DNA of 64,000 nt from Eledone cirrhosa (lineage: Eukaryota): assembly GCA_964016885.1 (NCBI GenBank), contig OZ024742.1, forward strand, positions 295,182,001 to 295,246,000. The letters are read 5' to 3'. A program made the translations under genes and the position numbers. The notes below the pieces were generated by a model. It saw only the letters and a list, made by a program, of their open reading frames with translations. It had not been told where the DNA came from and searched no databases. Of this stretch, positions 50,545 to 64,000 are shown in pieces (position 1 is the stretch's first letter; the number at the start of each line of letters is the position of its first letter).

Positions 50545-52440
50545 AACTGTCGGAGCCCACCCCTCTCAGTCTGAACACGAGAGAAATCAATCCTAGGACT
50601 AAACTGATATTTTATTTATCAACCCCATAAGGATGAAAGGCAAAGTTGACCATAGCAGAATTTAGAGAGCTGGAAAAGAAATACAAACAATATTTTTTTT
50701 TACCTTCCCCAAATAACCAATGCAAGATTTCTGTTATTTTTATGTTTTTCTCTTTTTTTGCAATATTTTTGTTTTAATATTTATTTCAAATATTTATTTG
50801 TAAATTCAGTCATTTTTTTTTTATGTTATGTTATGTTATGTATTGTAAAAAAACAACACATTTGTCTGTCAAATATTTTATTTCAGATATTTATTTGTAA
50901 ATTCAATTATCTATTGAACCCCAGTTCAATAAACATGAGATTGTATGTTGTACTGTAAACATTACATATTCATTTCTGTTGTTGATATGCTGTAATTTTT
51001 TCTTTATTTATTTTTCTAAGACATGAATTAATACAAGAAATATTAACAGGCATACAAATTAGTCCAGTAAATGTGTGTGTGTTTGCGTGTATACTCTGTA
51101 TATACTCTTATAAATATGTCGCAGTGACAGGTGGATTTGTGTTTATAATATTTTCAACAGTTGGTATATTTTGAGCCTAGAGTAGGTTCAATAGTAAAGT
51201 CACATACAGCTTTTCGTGTCTGATATTTTTTAATAAAAAAACGACTTATCAATGAGTATATACAGTATACGTGTGTGTGTGTGTATATATGTATGTGTCT
51301 ATATTTTAAGGGAAGATGGAAGAAATTTTTCCAACTGGATTTATAACTACTTTTGAAAAACAAACAAAATTAACCTATTTCATTTATTCCAGGGTCTGTT
51401 GTTGTTTGCAATGGAAGTCTTGTATCATTTAGTATTTGTAGTAGTAGTAGTGATAATAGTAGTTGTAGTAAGCACTCCATTCCAAAAGAAAATTGGTGAT
51501 ATTAGCCAGCAAAATGCTTTGTTTGTTGAATTAATTTGCTGTGCTGTGGAGGAAATAAGTTTTATTATTTTCTGTCTGTCTCTCTTGTTTCAACTTTTAA
51601 TTACATATAATAGATATGAATAATGTTTAGTTGTTTAGTTGCCAAATTAACCTGCCAACCGTAGGGAAGAACTTGTCATGTTGAAGACATTTTTAACATT
51701 TTTAATTATTACTGAATCTCAGCAGAAGATTACAGTAAACATCGATATTAATGCTTAAAAGTCCATGGATCATATCTTCAAATTGTATGTCGGAGTTATC
51801 AAATATCCATGTTTTTTCAATGAAATCATTCGGTTGTTGTTTTTTTTAGTTTTTTTTTATTTAATGGAAATAGCGTTTGTTTTGAGAGTACATACACAAG
51901 AAGTTCTGATTGATAATTTCAAAATGGAATGCTTCCTTTCCTAATTATCTCCATTCTTTTTTTTTTTATTTTTTTTTTGGGGGGGGGGGGGGGGGGTTCT
52001 GTGTTTTATTTGTCAGAGAAACATCTAATAAATATATTGGAACCACACACATTCATGCTTGCAAACATTTATGTATGCAGCACTCACTCACATACATGCA
52101 TGCACCTATACACACAGTCATACATATATACATTCATGCAGGCTCTCACACACTCACATAGTTTAGTTTGGTCTCATTGCAGAAAAAAAAAAATCAAAAT
52201 AGAAATTGGTTTATAAGTTGACTTAAAAAGTTATGATGGGATATGTATTAAAAAGATATCAATATTGAACATTTTCTTAGTCAATGTATATACGGCAGGA
52301 ATAGGTGAACGAAAAATGTGGAATCACATCCATTAGGAAGATACAGGGAGTTCAAATTGTAGCAGTGTTGCTTTTTTTTTTTTAAATTACAAATGGTGAT
52401 ATCGAAATTGTGTTGAAATAATTCAGTGCAATGGGAGAGC

Positions 52441-52453
52441 TTATATACATGTA

Positions 52454-52485
<32 letters not shown>

Positions 52486-52501
52486 CGTAACATGTATAAT
52501 G

Positions 52502-52541
<40 letters not shown>

Positions 52542-52721
52542 TATATACATACATATATATATGTAACGTATGTATAATGTATGTATATATATATACATAT
52601 ATATGTATATATATATATTTATATGCATACATATATGTGTATATACATATATATATATGCATACATATATATGTGTATATACATATATATATATATATAT
52701 ATATGCATACATATATATGTG

Positions 52722-52767
<46 letters not shown>

Positions 52768-52792
52768 TATATAACAATATGTACACACATAC
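52441..52792. repeat. Compound (TA)n/(TACA)n microsatellite
   Basis: Direct inspection; source of the YIYI ORFs. Confidence 0.95.
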
Positions 52793-53042
52793 ATGTTCAG
52801 ACGAATTTGTCGTACACGTATGTATATATAGGAATTATATTCCTATGTGCACTTAAACTCATGCAAGTAACATTCACACTTAACCACCACAATTACATTA
52901 CACAGATAGAATATATATAGAGAGACATGTTCATATTAGAATGAGTTAAATTATAATAAAATAGATACAAAGAAATACAGTTAGAAAAAGAAAAAAACAT
53001 TGTTACATGGGCAGCGATATACAGGATTATTAATTTACAGTT

Positions 53043-53545
53043 CAATGGAAATAAGATTTCCACTATATTGAATTATAAATTACATCTCAGTGGAAATAGA
53101 TCTTCCACACTGAGGTGAATTATAATTCACACATCAGTGGAAATAGATCTTTCACACTAAAGTGAATTTTATGCCACACATCAGTGGGTGAATTATAAAC
53201 ACACTGAGGTGAATTATAAACCACACATCAGTGGAAATAGATCTTCCACACTGGAGTGAATTACAAGCCACACATCAGTGGAAATAGATCTTCCACACTG
53301 GAGTGGATTATAAGCTAGACATCAGTGGAAATAGATCTTCCACACTGAGGTGAATGATAAGCCAGATGTCAGTGGAAACAAACAAAATTTCCACTGAAGG
53401 TGTAATATATAATTACACTGCAGTGGAAATAAAACTTCCACTGAAGGTGTAATATATAATTACACCTTTGTGGAAACAAAACTTCCACTGCTCGAGTGAT
53501 TTATAATCATGCCTGATTATAAATTGCTCCTGCAGTGGAAACAAA
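53043..53545. repeat. 47-bp minisatellite made of two alternating palindromes (~11 units)
   Basis: CAGTGGAA starts at 53088, 53135, 53229, 53276, 53323, 53370 (period 47), with more diverged units on either side. Confidence 0.92.
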
Positions 53546-54139
53546 TTTTTTTCAAGGATTAATATTTTTGTATATTTTTAAATTTTTAATATATATTTAA
53601 TGAATATATCATCATTGTTGTATCTTTACCCAGTTTTCAATCTATATATTATCATTAATCAGTGTATGTTTACAAGATTTATGAATATTGAACCCAACAC
53701 AATTTAGATAATTATTATCATTATCAATTACTATTAGGCATAAAAAATATGTTTGTAATCAACTGAAAACTTGATTTTCATTCTTTGTTTTTCAAGGGCT
53801 TCTTCTGAGGAAGAAGGGCAGCACCAGCATCTATGACCATTTTCATGGCCTCCAAGACTGGTTGGAAGAATGAATGAAGTTATTAGCAGCCTGGAGACCT
53901 GGTTTGAATATTTGCAACTATTGTAGACCCCACTAAGTTACCCATGGGCTAGATAGTGGTAACAAACAATAGATAAAATCTTTCTATTTTTTCAGCAGTT
54001 TATTGATTAACTAGTGTTCAAAATCTGTTCAATACATGTAAATAATAATAAAATTCTTTTCATAAGAGCTTTTTTTACTGACTTCTATCGAAGTGTACTT
54101 CTTTTTCTGAATGTGTATATATTTGTGTGCTTGTGTGTA

Positions 54140-54185
<46 letters not shown>

Positions 54186-55829
54186 TATGTCTGTGTGAGT
54201 GTGCATTTTCTGCATACGTTTAAATAAAATGATGTGACTTAGATAATATATTAAGTATTTCTGCACAAAACCAGTGATTTTATTCATGAGTAACTGACCT
54301 AATGGTGCTTTTGTATATCAATAGGTCAGTTTACTATTTCGTTCTAAGTGTATGTAATATTCTAATTATATATGCTAGCAATATTTGTTACGTAAAATAT
54401 AAATGATTTTAATAATCTAACTATATATGCCAGCAATATATATTATGTCTAACTGTATATGATATTCTAACTACATATGATATTCTAACTGTATATTGAC
54501 AGTAATAGCCACTATATAAAATATAAATGTATATGACAGTTATTCATCTGTTATATAAAATGACATTAATTAATGGAATAGCTTTAATATTGGACTTGGT
54601 ATTTCATAATTCCTTGACACAACTCTAATTAATTCGCTAAACCAATGATGTACATACACACAAACTATTCTTCATTAACTTTATTTTGGTTATCTGGAAA
54701 TGTCTAAGAAACTCTTCTGAATGAATTCTCACTTACACTTCTTATATATCTGTCTGTTCCAGTTTTACCAACTTATATCTACATGTTTCTATATAAAACA
54801 CTATTTTGAGAAGCCATCAGTTTTGGGAATATTTGAAATAAACAGTTTTTGAGTCCTTCATTCAGTATATGTTTAGTGTGTTTATTTTAAAACAAACTAT
54901 AAAACAAACATTTGTATGGTGCTACATAAATCAATCTATCAATACTTTAAAATCAGTTATTTCTAAAAAGGGTTTTTAGAATCATTCATGAAGATTCACA
55001 TCGTGTAATTTGCTTCTGTCTGAATTATATTTTCTTTCAAGGAAGAAATAACAAAAATCGTTTCTCCTAGCAGTAAAAGATTAAAATTTAATTCTATCTG
55101 GAATTGCTTTAAGTGTTTTCTATCCATTTCTATTAAGAATAGGCACACCATATCTCGCATGTCTTAAAAAAGTAACTATAAAGATTGATGCCAGGAAGGA
55201 CAACTGGCTATAAATCATTGGTTCAAAAAGGATTCCATGGTGTGTATAAAACCTTTTATGGAGTTCACAAGACCAACCATTGCTTTAGCAAGGGAAAATA
55301 ACCTTAAAACACTTGCTGCTATCTTTTTTATTAAGCCTTTGAAATCTGTGTCACTTGTACACACACTAACTACACAAGGTTTGCTGAATATAACCTACTC
55401 CTTGCCAAGATTAAACAATAACAAAATAAAACATTTTTAACAGGTTACATGTAGATCTTATAAAGTTACACAGCTAGAACTTGTGCCACTTAGGGCAGTC
55501 ATTGAGTACTTCCCAACAGTGGCTGTCTGTCGTGACAGGAAAGCAAAACTTTTTTTTCAATACAGTAGACCAAATCAAAAGTGCCACTGAAGGGCAGATG
55601 CTCACCAATTCCTACCTAGCTGTGCTACTACACAGAATCTATTTATTTTGTGTAATGTTATTTGTTTTAAATGGCAGTAGAACTGTAAAAACGTGTGTGT
55701 ATTCATAGTGATGTGTCGTGTTGTGGTGTTAGAGTAAGATGGAGAAGTAATGTCTCAGATTCTGTGGTTGTACGTTGGTTAACAACAAAAATATAACTTT
55801 TCCTGCATAAAGTAGATATTAATTAAACA

Positions 55830-56070
55830 ATAATGGTTTTTAATTTAAAGCACAAGGCCAACAATTTTGGAGGGGAAGGGGAAAGTTGATTATATAGATC
55901 CCAGTATTTGACTGGTACTTTATTTTATCAACCATGGAAGGAGGAAAGGTAAAGTTGACCCCAGCAGGATTTGAACACAGAACATAGAGCCGGAACAGAT
56001 CTTGTAAAGCATTTTATCTGACTCTAACAATTCTGCCAATCCATCACCCTCAATAATAATAATCATAATA
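55830..56070 (-). mobile_element. tRNA-derived SINE
   Basis: Reverse complement of the 35030 family. Confidence 0.75.
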
Positions 56071-56520
56071 AATCTATTAACTTGTTCACCTGTGTATTCT
56101 ACATGAAATAAAAGATAAATATAATGGGGAAGATTTGAGAAATATAATAAATAAATTTATGGTATATACTGTCAAAAGTGTAGCTTGTTGGTGTTTAGTC
56201 TCAGGTCAGTTCTGATAAAACAGACCCATGATCAAAGGCATTCCAGCTGTGATCATCCCATCTTTGAAGAGGTATTTTTAGACAACATTAGCTAATGTGT
56301 CCATTTCCTTTTTTTTTTTTTGAGACGATAGTGGAGGTGATAGTGATTTGAGGAAGATTTGGCTGCTATTTCTAGCAGTTTGAGCAATCACATAGAGGCT
56401 TCCTTGTTGACTCCAGTATATAGTTTGTTGTAGAATATACAGGAATAATCAGAGAATGGTATGAAATAGTAAAATGGAAGGAAATGTATTTGTACATGGT
56501 TTTAGGAAGCGCAAGGTTTA

Positions 56521-56920
56521 GAAACCATACTGGGCCAGTGATTTGTGAGGGAACCTTATTTGAAAGTGGTATTTTATTGAGCTAGATATTGGGGACCCTC
56601 ATCTGAAGATGGTATGACCTTGGGCCAAGTGTAAGGGTACTCCTTAAGGTTGTGTGATATTGGGCTAGATGTTGGGTAACCTCATCAAAAAGTGGTGTGA
56701 TATTGGGCCAGGTGTGAGTGAACCTCATCTGAAGGTGGTTTGACATTGGGCCAGGTGTAAGAGTACCCCTCTGAAGTTGGTGTGATATTGGAACAGGTGT
56801 GGGTGAACCTCATCTGAAGGTGGGGTGATATTGGGCTAGAGATTTATGACGGAACCACATTTCAAGGTGGAAGGATATTGGACCATATATGAGGAATCTT
56901 ATTTCAAAGTGGTGTGACAG
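56521..56920. repeat. ~43-bp minisatellite (9-10 units)
   Basis: Unit GAACCTCATCTGAAGGTGGTGTGATATTGGGCCAGGTGTGAGT. Confidence 0.88.
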
Positions 56921-57627
56921 GAGTTCTAACAATGTCCAGTAAAACAATTGTAAGTCATTGGTAAATCCATTCCTCATGAAAATACATGGCTGATTTTCTT
57001 TTTACAAGACTAACTCCTTCTAAATAACTAATATTGAAAAAAAAATAGGGTGGGTGTCGTTGTGAAGAAGAGGTGAAAACTGTTTGGGATGAAATACAAG
57101 TTTAGGAGTAAAGATATCAAATGACAGATTAAACTGATTAAGATATAGTGGTGTAGATATAAATATTTTAAATATATATTCTAAAGATGAAATTAATAGT
57201 GTGGAAAATTATATAATCTTAACTAATATTATATGATAGATAATTAATTATAAATTCCTGATTAGAATTAATTATTATTCATTAACAAATGAGATCAGCA
57301 GGTGTTAGTTATAAAAAATTAGAAGTTATTATTGTTTTTAGGCTTGGATAAGTAAAAAATGTAGTTTAAAACATTATTGATTGCTGCTCTGGATATATTC
57401 CAAATATATTGGTAATGCCATAATTTTTGTTGAATATTCAACCACATGAAAATATATACCAAATATATTGATATATGTATATAGTATGTATTTACTATGC
57501 ACATATACTGAATACCTTGGTACATATTTAAGTATGAACATTGCCAAATACAGTGGAAATGAAATAACCTTTGTTGAAGGTTCAACGACATCCTGGTATA
57601 TTTTAGAATTATATATATATATATTTG

Positions 57628-57673
<46 letters not shown>

Positions 57674-58749
57674 AAATTAATTTGGGAAAGACAAGTAAGA
57701 TAAAGAAATATTTATCTATTTACTCAGTGTCCCTACTGCAGTTTCATTGAGCAAACTCAGCATGAGCTGTATAAATCTCAAATGATCAGTCGGACTACCT
57801 CATATGAATCCCTATACTTATGTGTGTATGTATATATATATATAAGCCTTAGGTAAATGCTCAAACAGGGAGTGGTATATTTTAGTGTTTTGTATAATCA
57901 TCATTTAAAAATTTAAACAGCATATATTTTCAAGAATTACAATAGCTGAAATGAGCATTCCCTGCTAAGGTGAATATTTTAGAATTTGTACCAAACCTAA
58001 ATAACTTGAGTTGCCACTTAATAGGATTATTTTGAGCAAAGTAAATGATGGTATTAACCTGAGTTCTTATTTAAGATATTACAATTCTTCTAAATACTTT
58101 CACTATACATGCACCTTTGATGAATTGTAGTACACCTGAGCACTGTACATAATAATTTTCATTATTATTATTATGCATGAATGTTTCCAATAAATTATTC
58201 CTCTTTATTTATTCATCTAGTTTATGTATCTGCTCATATGTACATGTTTCGGTGATTTTATAACATTCTTTTAGAATATTTTAAAAATATGAAATAAATA
58301 CTATGGCAAAATATGAGTTTTATTTAACCCACTCATCACTTAGTGTCTTCTGACTTCAACAATAAAATACATGTATATTAAAATCTGACACATCTAGTAC
58401 TATACATTTTGAGTTCCCTGCTACACTGCATAATGGAAGAGTTTTAATGGATGTATTGAGAAATACTAATGAGCAGCTTACCTTTTATGAATTTGACAAC
58501 AATTCTATAGAAAATGGAAGATTACCTATACTTTGCTTTTGCATAACTTGTTTAAGAGAGATCATTAGAAATGTTAAACAAGGTTTTTGTTTTTGTATAG
58601 CATCTCATGGAGATAGACAACTGAAAAATCAGAAGACTAAAGTAATCTTCAACCCTCCCCATCTTCAGTGAAAATTATTAAAGTCAGGTCAGATTTGGAA
58701 GCAGAGAGTGAACATAATAATGGTTACTTATATACATGAAAGATAGTAG

Positions 58750-58782
58750 TTATATATATATATATATGTGTGTGTATATATG

Positions 58783-58852
<70 letters not shown>

Positions 58853-58872
58853 AACATATATATAATAATTAT

Positions 58873-58903
<31 letters not shown>

Positions 58904-59006
58904 GTAGGAGGTGAGTTTTATTGTAGCACAATCATATGTATCCCTATTTTATCTGATGAAAACGCAGATAATGTATATATATATTATGTAATTATATATA
59001 AATGTA

Positions 59007-59038
<32 letters not shown>

Positions 59039-59054
59039 ATTATATATAAATGTA

Positions 59055-59088
<34 letters not shown>

Positions 59089-59426
59089 CACGCACACATA
59101 CATACACTTACACATACATATATATATATATAATAATTATATTCATTTCATTTCTTCATTTTACGTCTGCTTTTTCCCTGCTTATATATATATATATGCA
59201 TACATACATTGGGTTCTGATCTGAAGATTATAGTGGCCCACAAGTGAGGAAGAACTCAATGTTAAAAAGAGAGCATTGTATGAATATATTTATTCATATT
59301 CTTACAGCTTGGCCAAATGTTTCAGCAAAGTGTGTGTGTTCAGAAATTTTCATAATTTTTTAATGAAACTTTGTTGAAATATTGTGGCCATGCCTCAAGA
59401 ACATGAATAAATACATTTATATATAT

Positions 59427-59502
<76 letters not shown>

Positions 59503-59589
59503 TACATACATATATATATATACACATACATATGTATATATACACACATACATATATATATATACACACATACATATATATATATACAC

Positions 59590-59637
<48 letters not shown>

Positions 59638-59913
59638 GTATATATATACACATACACATATATATATATACACATACATATGTATATATATACACATACT
59701 TATATATATATATATATATACACATACATATGTATATATATACACATACATATGTATATATATACACATACATATGTATATATATATGTATACATATATA
59801 TATATGCATACATATATATATATATGCATACATACATATGCACATACACACACACACACACACATATAGATATATATATATATACATAGATATATATATA
59901 TATATATACATAC

Positions 59914-59994
<81 letters not shown>

Positions 59995-60047
59995 CATATA
60001 TATATATATATACATACATATATATACACACATATATATATATATAC

Positions 60048-60090
<43 letters not shown>

Positions 60091-60091
60091 C

Positions 60092-60123
<32 letters not shown>

Positions 60124-60212
60124 ATATACACATACATACATACATATATATATATATACATACATATACACATACATATACACATACATATATATATATA
60201 TACATATATATA
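58750..60212. repeat. Long compound (TA)n/(CA)n microsatellite region
   Basis: Direct inspection; interrupted by short unique islands. Confidence 0.95.
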
Positions 60213-60263
60213 AATGATGATGGCTGCCCCCTCGTTATCGAGTATGGCCATTGCACGATATAC

Positions 60264-60558
60264 CATTATTAATAATTGTTTCTACCTTTGGCACAAGGCC
60301 AGCAACCACCCAGCGCATCACTGGTACTCCACCCCATCGACTCCGCAAGGACGAAAGGCAAAGTTAACCTCGGCGGGATTTGAACTCGGAATGGCAAGGG
60401 CCGTAACTCCATGCGTCAAAGCATGGCGTCCGATCCTCTACCGATACTGCCAATCCACCATTGCCTTTCATCTCTACGGGGTCGATAAAACAAAGCACCA
60501 GCAATGCACCGGACAATTGCCGGCCTTGTGCCCAACGTAGAAACAATCATTAATAATT
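60264..60558. mobile_element. Head-to-head inverted SINE pair (minus copy ~60264-60459, plus-strand 3' half ~60460-60558)
   Basis: Both match the 35030/62488 SINE family; arms are mutually complementary out to ATTATTAAT termini. Confidence 0.85.
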
Positions 60559-60739
60559 ATTAATTCTATCATGCAATGCCTGTGCGTGAAGATATTTTTT
60601 AAAGTGAGGAAAGACTGTGCACTGAGCCAGTTCCACTCTCTGAGCGACAGTAGCTGTAACCCGAAAAGAAGAAAAGATCAACATAATCGTAACTACTGAG
60701 CTGCAGGTTTATATCGGAGTTATCCCAGTCTCTTGAGTT

Positions 60740-61710
<971 letters not shown>

Positions 61711-61910
61711 CAGAGACAAGACAAAACAGAGGAAAGAAAGAGACACACATTCCAAGAAACATATATACAACACTCTCAGGGTTGTTAGAAATCAGTTTAT
61801 CTGTCATGTGTAGCTATAGAAAAGGAGGAACTCTGTTTTCTTTAAGATTTTTGAAGATATGAATGTGTTCCAGCTGACATATCTTACGATATGCTTCTAT
61901 GTACAGCTTA

Positions 61911-62265
61911 TCATACTTTGGACCTAAAGGAAGCTAATTTTGGAGTGGAAACCATCATATAGGGATCTTCGAGGTGGGGTGGTGGTGGTGGGAAATCTTC
62001 ATAGTCAGGATCTGGAATAGCAGGAATGGCGTAGTCAGTTTCCAGTGTGTTCCGTGATGGAGTGTTGGAAGAGGGTGAAGCAGAGTCCATAAAGTGGCGC
62101 TCAGGACCGAGTCCAGGCAGACTGACTCCACCCATTGGGCCAGTTGATTTGCGAAGATGAGTGTAAGCATTGTCTTTGGCACCAGCTCTCATGCTGGGGG
62201 ACAGTAACTGCTGGCTCTCGTGGCCATCATGTCTGGTTGCACGAACAAGATCAGGACGGCGAGCA
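61911..62265 (-). CDS. Terminal coding exon of an unidentified gene; disordered signalling tail ending SKV
   Basis: GC-richer non-repetitive ORF, strong acceptor TTCATTTTTCACTCTTTCTTTTGTAG, stop TGA at 61911-13; ARRPDLV...DYAIPAIPDPDYEDFPPPPPHLEDPYMMV...FRSKV. Confidence 0.85.
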
Positions 62266-62487
62266 CTACAAAAGAAAGAGTGAAAAATGAACAAGATGCA
62301 GACATAGATTAAATAGTGACTTAAACAAAAATGGTCAGAAATAAATGGTGTAGGGAACTGTTCACAGACTTTAAAGTCCCTGTCCCTTAAAATAGATCAG
62401 GGCTGGGAACCTTAGGAGATCTGAAAAACTTTTTTAATTTAATTATTTATTTACTAAATTTATTATTACTTTTATTATGACCTGGTC

Positions 62488-62719
62488 AAGGCAGTGAATT
62501 GGCAGAGTCCTTAGGGGCATCAGATAGAATACTTGGTGGTATTTGTTCCAACTCTTTACGTTCTGAGTTTGAATCCTACCATGGTCAACTTTGCTTTTCG
62601 TCTTTCTGGGGTCATTAAAATAAAGTACCAGTCAAGTACTGGGGTCAATTTAATCAACCCGCTAAGGTAATACACTGGGACAATTGCTGGCCTTGTGCCA
62701 AAAGTAGAAACAATTATTA
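62488..62719 (+). mobile_element. tRNA-derived SINE (intronic)
   Basis: Same family; another copy on - at ~63590-63800. Confidence 0.8.
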
Positions 62720-64000
62720 AGAAGCAAGGTAAATATTGCTCACCCTAAAATAATTTTTTATTTAAGTATTTAATTTTTTTTTTCTGTTTCACAGTTTCAT
62801 TGACTACTAGACTTATTATTACAGTACTTAAATAACGATATTGACATTTTGGAATAACATAATAAATTAATATTGGTATAAATGTTTTCAAATCAGATTT
62901 GGTTTTGAAAGAGATTGTATCACTACATGAGGCTACTGTCACTCAAATACACAACATTTTTTCATATCTGAAAGATTTTGTTTTGAAACAAATGATACCA
63001 CTGCATGTGGCTATGGTACCTCAAAAAACATATTCCTTTGCAGACCCTAGTATTTTTCATGACATACCACTGGTATTAATATTGTCCAATATATGAATAA
63101 CAAGAAATGACTAACTGGAAAGTGTAACTAGGTGAACGCTGGGAATTTATTTCTACATTATGTTAATGTTGGTACCATGATTAATACTGATGTTACAAAT
63201 AATGTCGGTGCCATGATAAAATATACCCAACACACTTTATAAAGTAGTTGGCATTATGAAAGGCATCCAGCTGTAGAAACTATGGAAAAACTGGAATGTA
63301 AGTAACAAAGATAACCATCCTGGTTTTAGGACAAATAAGGCCCTGTGCTAGTTAAGTTATGAGGCACTAAACATTTAAAAATTTCATTGTAAAAAATTTT
63401 TTAGCAGGAAGATGCCCTCCTCCCTGATCAATGGGGCCCTGTGCTTAAGTACACCTAAGCAGAATAGTTAATCTTGCACTGATCCTGGCTCATTTAAGAG
63501 GACAGTAGCTATGATTAGATACCGACTTGGTCTGACCTGTCCAACTCATGCTAGCAAGAAAAAAGTGAATGTAAAATGATAATGATGATTCTTTCTAGCA
63601 TTGGCACAAAGTCAGCAATTCTGAAGGGAAGGGAAAGTCAATTTGACCCCAGTGCTTAACTGCTACTTTATTTTATTGACTTCAAAAGGATGAAAAGAAT
63701 AGTTGACCTCAACAGGATTTGAACTCAGAATGTAAAGAGCCATGACTAAATGCTGCAAAGCATTTTGTCTGACATGCTAACCTTTCTGCCAATTTATTGC
63801 TTTCATGATGACATTGATGATGATGATGATAATGAGAATTAAGATAATGATGATGATGATAATGATGATGATGATGATAGTATATGACTATTTCAAAATG
63901 TTCCGGGTATTTAATGGTAAGATTATTGTTCTTGTAGCCTAACAGGAAGGTAGATAAGGTGTTAGAGAAATGAGGCTGGGAGGAAAGAGAAGTGTTCATT

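Noticed and set aside
53043-53545. CRISPR-like array (palindromic repeats at a regular period)
   Set aside because: The intervening sequences are themselves near-identical repeats, there are no cas genes, and the context is eukaryotic.
53797-53873. Possible plus-strand terminal exon (LLLRKKGSTSIYDHFHGLQDWLEE) and a similar candidate at ~51392-51467
   Set aside because: No recognisable homology or coherent upstream exons; splice-like signals are common in T-rich DNA.

Overview
AT-rich, intron-rich eukaryotic DNA. The (TA)n/(GAT)n microsatellites, RTE/CR1/Penelope retroelements and tRNA-derived SINEs suggest a mollusc, probably an octopod (inference). Almost every ORF-track entry is microsatellite, antisense or decayed-transposon noise. 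Genes supported: (1) a complete 4-exon eIF1/SUI1 gene on + (CDS 42787-42814, 44523-44683, 44824-44955, 45253-45267; 111 aa), missed by the ORF track; (2) the terminal coding exon of an unidentified minus-strand gene (61911-62265) with SH3-, EVH1- and PDZ-ligand motifs; (3) tentatively, small exons of a long minus-strand gene divergent from eIF1. Top observation: a head-to-head SINE pair at 60264-60558, in the probable 3'UTR of gene 2, whose two arms both carry clustered A-to-G changes on the host-transcript strand. This is an A-to-I hyper-editing signature present in the assembled DNA (either real write-back or an RNA-polishing artefact). Other highlights: a poison 3' splice site and a poor start context in eIF1, a twin-primed RTE inside a three-layer transposon nest, two CR1 insertions at the same MITE position, a hammerhead-like motif after a Penelope remnant, and a minisatellite of alternating palindromes. 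Repeat boundaries were read by eye and are approximate.
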